IMG/VR virus record: IMGVR_UViG_3300028138_000002
Span: 1-42,144 of that record
From: a virus
Lineage: Duplodnaviria; Caudoviricetes
Reading direction: 5' to 3' (one strand)
DNA: 42,144 nt
Part shown: in pieces, positions 16,844 to 25,257 of the stretch
Layout: every line of letters starts with the position of its first letter
How positions within the stretch are numbered: position 1 is the first letter of the stretch
Made by a program: the position numbers and the translations under genes
Notes under the pieces: generated by a model
The model's database searches: none
Told to the model about the DNA's origin: nothing
The model's input: only the letters and a program-made list of their open reading frames with translations

Positions 16844-18200
16844 TTGTAACGGGTTCTCCGAGTATCTGGTTGATGACGACGCGTTTGCGCGCGACGATCG
16901 CGGCGACGCGTTGATCGACGCTGTCGGCGACCGACAGCAGCGACACGTGTACCGGGCGATACTGCCCGGCGCGCCAGACCCGCGCCACCGCCTGATCGAG
17001 CGCGGCCGGGGTCCAGTCGGACTCCAAAAAGATCACCCTTCGGGCGGCCTGTAGGTTCAGGCCGAAGCCGGCCACGCGCGTGGACGCGAGCAGCACCCTG
17101 CACGAGCCGTCCTGAAACGCCGCCAGGGCGTCGGCCCGGGCGTTGGGCGCGGTATCGCCGACCAGCAGCCGCGCCCCCGCCGACCCCTCCAGGGCGTCGC
17201 GCAGCATGTGCAGCGCGGCGAGGTGGATGCCAAACAGCACGATCCGATCGGTGCCGCCGGCCAGCTCGGCGCGGATCAGCTCCAAAGCGGCGGGGGATTT
17301 GGCCAGGGCGAGGACGCGTCGGGTGGACGCGAGCGGCAGCAGCATCGCCTGCAGCCTTTGCCAGCCGGCTTCGTCGCCGCCCTCGATCTGGGTCAGGACG
17401 ACGTGCAGCTCAGCCCGCTGGGCCGGTGTCATGGTTTCCTCGATGGCGCGGCGATCGGCGGCGCGGATCTCGACCGGGACGTGATCGATCAGCAGCGACG
17501 GCAGATTGGCGACGACGTCGGTCAGCCGCAGCCGCGAGGCGCAGCGTTTCAGGATATCGGACAGCTCGCCGGTGTTGCGCGCGCCGACGACGATGGTGCC
17601 GAATGTGCGCTGCACGGTGATGCAATAGCGCTCGATGAAATCCGTCCGGCGCAGCTGGTCGGGGATATGTTGGGGGAACAGGCGCGACAGATGCGGATGC
17701 AGTTCGTCGGGGCTGGACATCACCGGCGTGCCGGTGGCGATCCAGACCCGCTCGCAGCGACGGAACAGCGCGCCCGGGCTGGTGTGCATGGCGCCATAGA
17801 ATGCCCGCGTGCGAATGGCGCGGCCGTGCCCGAGCATGTGGCCCTCATCGCACACACAGCTGTCCCAGCGGAGGCGGAACAGCTGCTTCCAGACCGACTC
17901 GCGCCGCATCATGTCATAGGACACCGCCACCACGTCGGCCGTGTCATCGACGGTGTCGCGACCAGTGCGAAGGATCTGCACCCTGACACCGGGACGCCAG
18001 GCGGCGATCTCGGCGGCGGTCTGGCGCAGCAGGATCGCCGGGCTGAGCCATAGCTGCCGGCCGCCGACGATGCCGCCGGCGACGGCCAGAGCCGCCGTCT
18101 TGCCGGTCCCCATCTCCCACAGCAGCAGCCAGTGGCCGACCACGAGGTCGGTCAGTACCGCCTGCTGATGCGGCCATAACGGGCGAGGCGTGGATCTCAC
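16836..18200 (-). CDS. SNF2-family (SF2) DNA helicase
   Basis: EMGTGKT, DEGH, ATGTP, GFGLNL, QAVARVWRAGQ. Confidence 0.92.
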   Translation of the reverse strand: MRSTPRPLWPHQQAVLTDLVVGHWLLLWEMGTGKTAALAVAGGIVGGRQLWLSPAILLRQTAAEIAAWRPGVRVQILRTGRDTVDDTADVVAVSYDMMRRESVWKQLFRLRWDSCVCDEGHMLGHGRAIRTRAFYGAMHTSPGALFRRCERVWIATGTPVMSSPDELHPHLSRLFPQHIPDQLRRTDFIERYCITVQRTFGTIVVGARNTGELSDILKRCASRLRLTDVVANLPSLLIDHVPVEIRAADRRAIEETMTPAQRAELHVVLTQIEGGDEAGWQRLQAMLLPLASTRRVLALAKSPAALELIRAELAGGTDRIVLFGIHLAALHMLRDALEGSAGARLLVGDTAPNARADALAAFQDGSCRVLLASTRVAGFGLNLQAARRVIFLESDWTPAALDQAVARVWRAGQYRPVHVSLLSVADSVDQRVAAIVARKRVVINQILGEPVTNG

Positions 18201-18406
18201 CACGAGTCGGGGCCGGGCCGGCGGCGGCCTTCGTCCATCATCTCCTCGATCGTCTCTTTCAGGAACAGCACGCGGGTGCCGACGCGAAATGACGGAATTT
18301 TCTGGGTGCGGACCATGGCATAGATCGTGGCCACCGGCAGACCAAACATGGACGCCACTTCCTTCGCGTCCATGGTCACCCTGGCCGGGCTATCGAGGGT
18401 CGTCAT
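18197..18406 (-). CDS. excisionase-like helix-turn-helix DNA-binding protein
   Basis: MDAKEVASMFGLPVATIYAMVRTQKIPSFRVGTRVLF follows the HTH_17/Xis pattern. Confidence 0.85.
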   Translation of the reverse strand: MTTLDSPARVTMDAKEVASMFGLPVATIYAMVRTQKIPSFRVGTRVLFLKETIEEMMDEGRRRPGPDSW

Positions 18407-18435
18407 AGGTTGCTCCGTGTTATGTCGGGTCGAGG

Positions 18436-18464
18436 TATATGGCAGCCCACCGGGACCAATGCAA
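18436..18464 (-). promoter_or_regulatory. putative leftward sigma70 promoter
   Basis: TTGCAT-N17-CATATA on the - strand, ~30 nt upstream of the Xis-like gene. Confidence 0.5.
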
Positions 18465-18476
18465 CAGCTCTGTTGC
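18461..18476. promoter_or_regulatory. palindromic putative operator
   Basis: GCAACAG-ct-CTGTTGC overlapping the leftward -35. Confidence 0.45.
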
Positions 18477-18648
18477 GTCAGCCGCTACAGTGTGATCATA
18501 ATGATACCCCGTTACGGTAGCCCAATACCACACCCGACAAGGAAACCATTGATATGCCAGATGAAACCGACGTCGCGCTGCAACGCCGCATGCCCCCACG
18601 GGCCTCGCGTCCTGAACGGATTATTTTCGATAAGCCTCACGTTCCCTG

Positions 18649-18677
18649 TTGACATCCCGCCCTCATGTGGGCATATT
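18649..18677 (+). promoter_or_regulatory. putative early sigma70 promoter
   Basis: TTGACA-N17-CATATT upstream of a GGAG RBS and ATG 18703. Confidence 0.7.
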
Positions 18678-18702
18678 GCCCTCATAGAGACGGAGATAGC
18701 AG

Positions 18703-18918
18703 ATGACGAAAACCTTTCCCGCGATCCTGAACGGCCAGCGGACCACAGCGAAGAAAGTCAACGGCCGGTGGCTCGTCGGCGGCGATGTCGTTCAGGCCGG
18801 CGACGTTGTTTCGATCGCCTGCAAGGTGTGGCGCTCCAGCCGGATCGGCTGGCACACGCTGAAGGGCAGCCGCCTGGTGTTCTCCGACTTCGCCACCGCT
18901 GACGAGATGGAGGGCTGA
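18703..18918 (+). CDS. early hypothetical protein
   Basis: GGAG RBS; first gene after the promoter. Confidence 0.7.
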   Translation: MTKTFPAILNGQRTTAKKVNGRWLVGGDVVQAGDVVSIACKVWRSSRIGWHTLKGSRLVFSDFATADEMEG

Positions 18919-18921
18919 GCG

Positions 18922-19113
18922 ATGGTCGAGGTCTGGAAAGTCACCCGGTTCGAACAAGCGGACCGGACGAACAAGACGGTGAACCCCTACACCGGATCGG
19001 CCAATCGCGCGGACCAACGCAAGGTCACGACATGGGCCGCCCGCATCAACGGCAAGACGGTCGACGGTTTCGCCACACGCCGGTCGGCTCTCGCCGCCGC
19101 GAAGGGGGGCTGA
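18922..19113 (+). CDS. early hypothetical protein
   Basis: GGAGG RBS; W.ARINGK.VDGF.TRR.A motif. Confidence 0.65.
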   Translation: MVEVWKVTRFEQADRTNKTVNPYTGSANRADQRKVTTWAARINGKTVDGFATRRSALAAAKGG

Positions 19114-19186
19114 GCGAATGACGAAGCAGGATCACATCGCACGCCTGGCGCATGGGCTACATCAACGCGCAGCGGAAGGGTGCCGC

Positions 19187-19384
19187 ATGACCGCCCCTGA
19201 GTTCCGCGCCGCCCTCGACCAGCTTGGCTGGTCGCAGCGCGGCCTGGCGTTCAGCCTGGGCGTCTCCCACAACACCGTCCACCGTTGGGCGCTCGATCAG
19301 GCCCGCGTGCCAGCCTATGTCGCCGGGTGGCTTGAAGAGATGATCGCCCACATGGCCGACGCGCCACCGCCGCCGGCTTTCTGA
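19187..19384 (+). CDS. XRE/Cro-like helix-turn-helix protein
   Basis: MTAPEFRAALDQLGWSQRGLAFSLGVSHNTVHRWA; alternative in-frame start at 19118. Confidence 0.8.
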   Translation: MTAPEFRAALDQLGWSQRGLAFSLGVSHNTVHRWALDQARVPAYVAGWLEEMIAHMADAPPPPAF

Positions 19385-19405
19385 AAACATAACCGCGCAC
19401 AAGTT

Positions 19406-19434
19406 CTTGCATCCTGGCTCGATAGGGCCTATCT
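19406..19434 (+). promoter_or_regulatory. putative second early promoter
   Basis: CTTGCA-N17-CTATCT, close to the alphaproteobacterial CTTGAC-N17-CTATAT consensus. Confidence 0.5.
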
Positions 19435-19486
19435 GGACTGAACGAGACGAAACCAGACACACCGACAACCTACAGGAACACACGAC

Positions 19487-19669
19487 ATGACCGGTTACCA
19501 CGCGACCCGCGAGCAGTGCCTGGCCTTCATCGCCGCATGCAAGGGCGGTTCCGACTATCTGACCGCGAAACCCTACAAGGACCGTCACGGGATGTATCCC
19601 GACACCGACGACCATGGCGTGTGGCACGAAGAAGCCAGCTACTGGGTTTTCATGACGGAAAGAGAATAA
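19487..19669 (+). CDS. early hypothetical protein
   Basis: AGGA RBS in an AC-rich leader. Confidence 0.6.
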   Translation: MTGYHATREQCLAFIAACKGGSDYLTAKPYKDRHGMYPDTDDHGVWHEEASYWVFMTERE

Positions 19670-19706
19670 TCCCGACACGCCGACACACCGACAAGGAACA
19701 CACCCG

Positions 19707-20162
19707 ATGACCAAATTCACCCTGGAGATCTACCGGCCGGTCGGCCGGGACGGCGGCGTGGCCTGCCAGCACCGCGAGGTCTTCGACCTCGGGACGGAGC
19801 GGGACGCGGCCATGGTGCTGGTCGCCACCCGCGAGCGGCTGCCGCGTGGCTGGCTCGCCGGCATGACGTTCAGCCGGAACGGCACGCGGACCAACGTGCG
19901 GACGCGCGATGAGCGCGACCCTGAAACCGACGGGGCACAGCCGATGCGCGCGTCAGCCGTCAAACGGGGACGCGATCCCCGTTTCCCCTACATCCCGGTC
20001 GTCGTCCGCGAGAACGGCACCCACAACACCAACACGAGAAAGGCGTTCACCACGCGGGCCGAGGCGGTCGCGTTCGCGCAGGACTGGATCGACCACGCGC
20101 GGAGAGTCCTGGCCATCGCGGCGGCGCGTCGCGCGGCACGCCACGCGGGGACGGACGCATGA
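19707..20162 (+). CDS. early hypothetical protein
   Basis: AAGGA RBS; C-terminal KAFTTRAEAVAFAQ motif. Confidence 0.65.
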   Translation: MTKFTLEIYRPVGRDGGVACQHREVFDLGTERDAAMVLVATRERLPRGWLAGMTFSRNGTRTNVRTRDERDPETDGAQPMRASAVKRGRDPRFPYIPVVVRENGTHNTNTRKAFTTRAEAVAFAQDWIDHARRVLAIAAARRAARHAGTDA

Positions 20163-20377
20163 GCATCCCCGTCGACGCCGCCGCCGCGCGCCTGATCACC
20201 ACCGAGGACCGTTACGACGCCTCGCGCTGGGTTTTCGCGCTCGACGCCCACGCGGCCATTCTTGAATACAAAGCCGATCACCCCGACGCGGAGTATTCCC
20301 TGCGCCAGTACGCGGATGACCGTTTCTTTTACGTGATGGTTCTCGGCGCCGGATGGCTGCGCCGCGAGCAGGACTGA
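20159..20377 (+). CDS. early hypothetical protein
   Basis: ATGA coupling. Confidence 0.6.
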   Translation: MSIPVDAAAARLITTEDRYDASRWVFALDAHAAILEYKADHPDAEYSLRQYADDRFFYVMVLGAGWLRREQD

Positions 20378-20386
20378 GAACGAAAC

Positions 20387-20416
20387 CGCCGCCGGGGCGG
20401 CAAGACCCCGGCGGCG
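20387..20416 (+). other. intergenic 11-bp GC stem-loop
   Basis: cgccgccgggg-cggcaaga-ccccggcggcg; no U-tract. Confidence 0.6.
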
Positions 20417-20444
20417 TCAACACACAACACAAGGACCAAGAACC

Positions 20445-20786
20445 ATGAACGACCAGAACATGACTCCAATCGCCACCCTGCCAGCCGACGGCGGCCCCGT
20501 CCAGCTGGATCTGTTTCCCCGCTTCATCGTGATGACCTCGGCCGCGTCCACGCGTGGCAAATGGTCCGGCAAGTACGCCAACGTGGCGGTGGTCGAAACC
20601 GACATGATGGGGCGGCCAAGGTTCATCGGCGAGAAGGCGCGCCATCTCGTGTCGATCCGCTGGTATGGCGGCGGACTGTTCGTCGGGCGCACCGATCGAT
20701 GCGAATACCGGGCCGCGCTGGCGTATGCCAAGACGCTGGCGGCGGAGCTGAACGCGGCCGTCGCGCGCGAGGAGGACCGGACATGA
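20445..20786 (+). CDS. early hypothetical protein
   Basis: AAGGA RBS in an AC-rich leader. Confidence 0.65.
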   Translation: MNDQNMTPIATLPADGGPVQLDLFPRFIVMTSAASTRGKWSGKYANVAVVETDMMGRPRFIGEKARHLVSIRWYGGGLFVGRTDRCEYRAALAYAKTLAAELNAAVAREEDRT

Positions 20787-20965
20787 CCAAGGCCGAGCTG
20801 CTGGCCGCCATCGCGGCGGCTCCTGACGACGCGATCGTCTACGTCGTGCCCAACGGCGGGCCCGGTACGTCGAAGGTCAGGGTGAGGGCGGTCGACGAGG
20901 ACGGCTGGGGCATCTTCATCGAGGCCCGGGTCTTCCTCATCGATGAAGACGAGGACGAGCCATGA
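20783..20965 (+). CDS. early hypothetical protein (60 aa, acidic tail)
   Basis: GGAGG RBS; ATGA overlap; MTKAELLAAIAAAPDDAIVYV. Confidence 0.65.
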   Translation: MTKAELLAAIAAAPDDAIVYVVPNGGPGTSKVRVRAVDEDGWGIFIEARVFLIDEDEDEP

Positions 20966-21013
20966 TCGTCCGGTCCTGGGGACAACCCGGGGAATCATGG
21001 GGATAACAATCAG

Positions 21014-21044
21014 AAAAGCCCACCCGGCCACCGGGTGGGCTTTT
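21014..21044. terminator. bidirectional intrinsic terminator ending the early cassette
   Basis: aaaagcccacccgg-cca-ccgggtgggctttt, perfect inverted repeat with A/T tracts. Confidence 0.85.
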
Positions 21045-21106
21045 CGCGTCTCGGTCGGCAGTCTGACGGGAACGAACCCGACTGCCTCTCAACACGGGGA
21101 TCAGTG

Positions 21107-23599
21107 ATGACAGCAACAGAGAACACGCGCGGCGTCAATCTGGATTTATTGGACGCTTTCAAGGACATGCTCGACCAGCGGCGCTGGTGCGGATGGTACT
21201 GGCACACACCCCCCGGCGCGAAGCACTCCACCAAGGTGCCCGTGGTGCCCGGGACCCAGGCGTCCGCTTCGGTCGCCAGTCCGAGCGGGGTGGTCTGGGC
21301 GAAGGCACGCGACGCGGCGACGGCGGAACAGCAACCAACGGCCGGCGTGGGGTGGAAGGTCGTCGGCGACATCGGCCGGGTCTGGATCGACATCGACAAG
21401 GGGCGCGACCCGGTCACCGGCGACATCGCGCCGTGGGCGCGGATGCTGCTCGACTGGGCCGAGACGGCGGACGCGTATCGCGAGATCACGCCCTCGGGAA
21501 AGGGGTTTCGGATCATGGGCCGGCTGCGGGCGCCCGGCGGGGGTCAGGAGCCGCCCGTCGCCGTGCAGGCCTCGATGATGCTCGCACCGCTGCTGCGCTC
21601 CCTGAACGCCGACGATCTGGCCGCGTGGGGCGGTAACGCCGCGTGCCACCCGCGCGCCGGCATCGAGGTTTACCACGCCTGCGCCCGCTACGTGACGGTG
21701 AGCGGATGGGACGGCACGGGCGGTGGCGACGCCGATCTCAGCGACCTGGTCTGGTGGCTCATTGGTCTGGCCCGGGAGCGGGGCGGCGACGGCCGCGTCG
21801 GGGGTGGTGGCGTGCGCGAGGGAGCGCGGGCGCTCGGAGCGCCTGTCGCCGCCACGCTGCGCGGGCCGATCGAGGACGTGACGGCGGCGCTGGAGGTGAT
21901 ACCCAACGAGGATCTGCACTGGGACGCGTGGGTGAAAATCGGGCTGGCCACGGTCAACGCGACCGAGGGTAGCGATGAAGGATTCGAGGCGTTCGACCTG
22001 TGGTCGCAACGGTCAGAGCTGAAATACGACGCCGAGGCGACCGCCGAGCATTGGGAACACTGGAAGCGGTCGCCGGCCGATCGCCTTGGCATCGGCTGGC
22101 TGATGACGCTGGCGCGGGATGCCGTGCCCGGCTGGAAGCGGCCGTCGCGGCACGCGGCGGCCGAGTTCGCGCCGATCGCGGAGGACCCACTGGCCGATGT
22201 GCCGGGGGAGCTTTCGGGCGAGGCATTGGCGGCCCTGACGACCCCGGCTGGTGGTGAACGGGTCAGCGAGGCGGGGATCGCGGACGCGTTCGAAGCGAAT
22301 TATCGCGGCCGGTTGCGGTATGATCACACACGCGGGCTGTGGTTCATCTGGGACGGCGCGCACTGGCGGGCCGAGGAGACGCGGCTGGCCTATGACTGGG
22401 CGAGCCGCATGGCGCGCCGGGCGGCCGGCCAGGTCGACACGCGTGCCTCGGTCGCGACGCAGATGGGCAAGGCCTCGTTCGCGCGCGGCGTGGAGCGGCT
22501 CGCCGAGGCACGGCGGGCGTTCGCGGTCACCCATGAGGTCTGGGACAACGACCCGTGGCTGCTCGGCACGCCGGGCGGGACGGTCGATCTGCGGACGGGG
22601 ACGCTGCGGCCGGCGCGGCCGGGCGAGGGTGTCACCCGGATCACCGCCGTGGAACCCGCGCCTGATGGTGGCGGGGGTGAAGACGGCTGCCCGCTGTGGT
22701 TCCGTTTCCTGCGTGAGGCCACCGGGGGCGACGAAGCGCTGATCGGGTTTTTACAACGCTGGTTCGGTTACTGCCTGACCGGGGTCACCGACGAGCATGC
22801 GCTGATTTTCGTCTATGGCGACGGCGGCAACGGCAAGGGCGTGCTAATGAACACGATCGCCGGCATCATGGGCCGGCTCGCCACGGTCGCATCGATGGAT
22901 ACGTTCACGGCGAGCCGCAACGAGCGGCACCCGGCGGATCTCGCCATGCTGGCCGGGGCGCGGCTGGTGGTGGCGTCGGAGGTCGACGAAGGGCAGGTCT
23001 GGGCCGAGGCCAGGATCAAGCAGATCACCGGCGGCGACCCGATCACGGCGCGGTTCATGCGGATGGATTTCTTCACCTACACGCCGCGCTTCAAGCTGAC
23101 CATCAGCGGCAACCACAAGCCGAGGCTACGCAATGTCGACAACGCCGCCCGGCGACGGTTCAACATCGTGCCGTTCATCCGGCGTCCGGTGGTGCCGGAC
23201 GCCAGGCTGGGGTGGAAGCTGCGGGCGGAATGGCCGGCGATCCTGCGCTGGATGATCGACGGCTGCGTGGCGTGGCGACGCGACGGGCTGGAGCGGCCGG
23301 CCGCCGTGCTGGACGCGACGAAAAGCTATTTCGAGACGCAGGATTATTTCAGTCGGTGGCTGGAGGAGCGGTGCGTGATCGACGCTGGCCGGCGTGAGCC
23401 GGCGGTGGCGCTGAAACTCAGTTTCGAGGGCTGGTGCCGGGAGAACGGCGAGACGCCGGGCGATGTCTGGCGGCTGCGGGGATTACTGGAGAGGGTCGAG
23501 GGGGTTCGGTATGTGACGCTACAAGGGAAACAGTTTGTCAGAGGGATTGGCCTGAAGGACGCGTTTGACAAGGAAAGTGGCGGTTTCACGCCGGTCTGA
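21107..23599 (+). CDS. primase-helicase: PrimPol-like N-terminus, PriCT-2, D5_N and SF3 (P4-type) helicase
   Basis: WIDID, EITPSGKGF, IEVY...RYVTVSG; W.KIG.A...F..WS..S.KY; YGDGGNGKG Walker A; IKQITGGD.ITARF; NHKP; RRF. Confidence 0.92.
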   Translation: MTATENTRGVNLDLLDAFKDMLDQRRWCGWYWHTPPGAKHSTKVPVVPGTQASASVASPSGVVWAKARDAATAEQQPTAGVGWKVVGDIGRVWIDIDKGRDPVTGDIAPWARMLLDWAETADAYREITPSGKGFRIMGRLRAPGGGQEPPVAVQASMMLAPLLRSLNADDLAAWGGNAACHPRAGIEVYHACARYVTVSGWDGTGGGDADLSDLVWWLIGLARERGGDGRVGGGGVREGARALGAPVAATLRGPIEDVTAALEVIPNEDLHWDAWVKIGLATVNATEGSDEGFEAFDLWSQRSELKYDAEATAEHWEHWKRSPADRLGIGWLMTLARDAVPGWKRPSRHAAAEFAPIAEDPLADVPGELSGEALAALTTPAGGERVSEAGIADAFEANYRGRLRYDHTRGLWFIWDGAHWRAEETRLAYDWASRMARRAAGQVDTRASVATQMGKASFARGVERLAEARRAFAVTHEVWDNDPWLLGTPGGTVDLRTGTLRPARPGEGVTRITAVEPAPDGGGGEDGCPLWFRFLREATGGDEALIGFLQRWFGYCLTGVTDEHALIFVYGDGGNGKGVLMNTIAGIMGRLATVASMDTFTASRNERHPADLAMLAGARLVVASEVDEGQVWAEARIKQITGGDPITARFMRMDFFTYTPRFKLTISGNHKPRLRNVDNAARRRFNIVPFIRRPVVPDARLGWKLRAEWPAILRWMIDGCVAWRRDGLERPAAVLDATKSYFETQDYFSRWLEERCVIDAGRREPAVALKLSFEGWCRENGETPGDVWRLRGLLERVEGVRYVTLQGKQFVRGIGLKDAFDKESGGFTPV

Positions 23600-23790
23600 G
23601 CGGAAAAAACAGATAAAAACAGATGCAATATCGTAATAATGGGTGGAGAGCGGTGGAGGATCGCCTTGTTCCCTTTCATCATGCGCGTGCGCGCGTGTAT
23701 GCAGCATAACAGGGTGACCCTCCACTATCCTCCACCTATCGTTTAGATAGCGTAATTGAAATGAGGCTAAGTCATTGAAAAAGCACGAAA
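23600..23790. other. putative replication origin region
   Basis: AT-rich non-coding stretch directly after the primase; convergent GGTGGAG/CTCCACC repeats around an alternating purine-pyrimidine core. Confidence 0.5.
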
Positions 23791-23791
23791 C

Positions 23792-24277
23792 ATGACGCTG
23801 GTGCTGGGGATCGATCCCGGCGTGGCCGGGGCGGCGGCGCTGATCCGGTGCCGGAAAGCGGCGGAAAAGCCCGAGATGGTCGAGCTGCTGGCGCTCGCGC
23901 GGCTGCCGATGAGCCAGATCCTGGCGCTGGCGCGTCGGGCGGCGCTGACCGTGATCGAGGCGCAGCGCGCGGCGCCGAGGCAGGGGGCCGTGGGAGCTTT
24001 CAGTCTGGGGTATGGCTACGGGCGGCTCCAGGGGGGTCTGGAGGCGGTCGGGGAGGTCAGGGCGGTCTTCCCTGAGCCGACGGTGTGGCGGGGCGCTTAC
24101 GGGCTTCCTGGGGGCCGTGGCGGGGGTAAGGCATCGGGACTGGCGCTGGCGGACGCGCTGCTGGGTGGCTACAGCGGGCTGAAGCGGCACGACGAGGCGG
24201 ACGCGGTCCTGCTGGCGTGGTGGGGCTGGCGAAACATCATCGCGCGTGATAGCGGGGATGTCTCACAATCCGGCTGA
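23792..24277 (+). CDS. RuvC-like Holliday junction resolvase
   Basis: LGIDPG, VIE, F.LG..YG, P.VW, HDEADA.LLA. Confidence 0.85.
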   Translation: MTLVLGIDPGVAGAAALIRCRKAAEKPEMVELLALARLPMSQILALARRAALTVIEAQRAAPRQGAVGAFSLGYGYGRLQGGLEAVGEVRAVFPEPTVWRGAYGLPGGRGGGKASGLALADALLGGYSGLKRHDEADAVLLAWWGWRNIIARDSGDVSQSG

Positions 24278-24300
24278 AACACGTGAAAGAAGGGGCTGGA

Positions 24301-24702
24301 ATGGGCCTGACTTTACATAATATTGACCATGAACCGAAACGAAAACCGGGCAATCCGGCGTGGGTCAAGGGTCGGTCAGGCAATCCGAAAGGCGTTGCGC
24401 TGCAGGCGAATCACGAGAACATGCGGGACCTGTGTCGCGCGCAGACGAAGGAGGCGATCCACACGCTGATCAAGCTGATGAGGTTCAAAGGGCCGCACCA
24501 GTTCGCGGCGGCGACGGCGATCCTCGATCGGGCGTGGGGCAAGCCGACGCAGCACATCGAGACAAGCGGAAACTCGGTGCTGGAGCTGCATCTCATCGCG
24601 GCACGCGCGGTCAGCGAGGCGCTGACGACGATCGAGCATGAAGCTCAACCGGAGGACGTGAACGCCAAACAGCCTGTGACACTGGAAATACCCACCGAAT
24701 AA
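24301..24702 (+). CDS. putative terminase small subunit (DUF5681-like)
   Basis: W.KG.SGNP.G motif, AA.AILDRAWGKP.Q; upstream of TerL. Confidence 0.7.
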   Translation: MGLTLHNIDHEPKRKPGNPAWVKGRSGNPKGVALQANHENMRDLCRAQTKEAIHTLIKLMRFKGPHQFAAATAILDRAWGKPTQHIETSGNSVLELHLIAARAVSEALTTIEHEAQPEDVNAKQPVTLEIPTE

Positions 24703-24796
24703 CACTGAACAGGGCGCATGTTAGTGCTTCATACAAACCTCGGATGTGTCTTCAAACCGCCGTTTGATCAGGTGGCCGGGGTGATTGTGCCTGTGT

Positions 24797-24809
24797 TATC
24801 AATGGGTTG
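24797..24809 (+). promoter_or_regulatory. IHF consensus site in the TerS-TerL intergenic region
   Basis: TATCAATGGGTTG = WATCAANNNNTTR. Confidence 0.45.
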
Positions 24810-25047
24810 GGCTGGTATATCATGACATCTGCACAGTGCGCATGGGCCTGTGTGGTGTTGACGGAAGCCGCGACCCAGGGGTGTAGCGTTAGCGTAACGA
24901 AGTGTATACGCGGGCGGAACGACCGGCCGACCCTCCCCCTCGATCGCCGAGGGCCAATGGCACTGGCCCCCATTTTCCCCCCGCTCACCCAAAATTCAAC
25001 TTTATTTCGATTTAGCAACATACCTCTCCGCTCACCGTCGGCGTCAG

Positions 25048-25257
25048 GTGTCCGGTGAACGGGGCAACGCCGGCCTGCTCGCCGGCATCAGTGAAAAGCT
25101 GATCGGCACCCTGCCGCCGGCGATGTTGTTGCTGGTCTTGCTCAACATCGTGTTCATCGGCATCGCGCTTTACATGTTCAACCACAACACCGAGGCCCGC
25201 AACGAGATGCTGTCGCGCATCATCGAGTCCTGCCTCAACCGACAGCCGCTGAAATGA
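25048..25257 (+). CDS. single-pass membrane protein (holin-like candidate)
   Basis: LPPAMLLLVLLNIVFIGIALYMF hydrophobic helix; GTG start; ATGA overlap with TerL. Confidence 0.55.
   Translation: MSGERGNAGLLAGISEKLIGTLPPAMLLLVLLNIVFIGIALYMFNHNTEARNEMLSRIIESCLNRQPLK

Noticed and set aside
20371-20418. Hammerhead-ribozyme-like CTGA...GAAAC-stem-GTC
   Set aside because: There is no CUGANGA core, no stem II and no evident stem I, so it is kept only as a hairpin.
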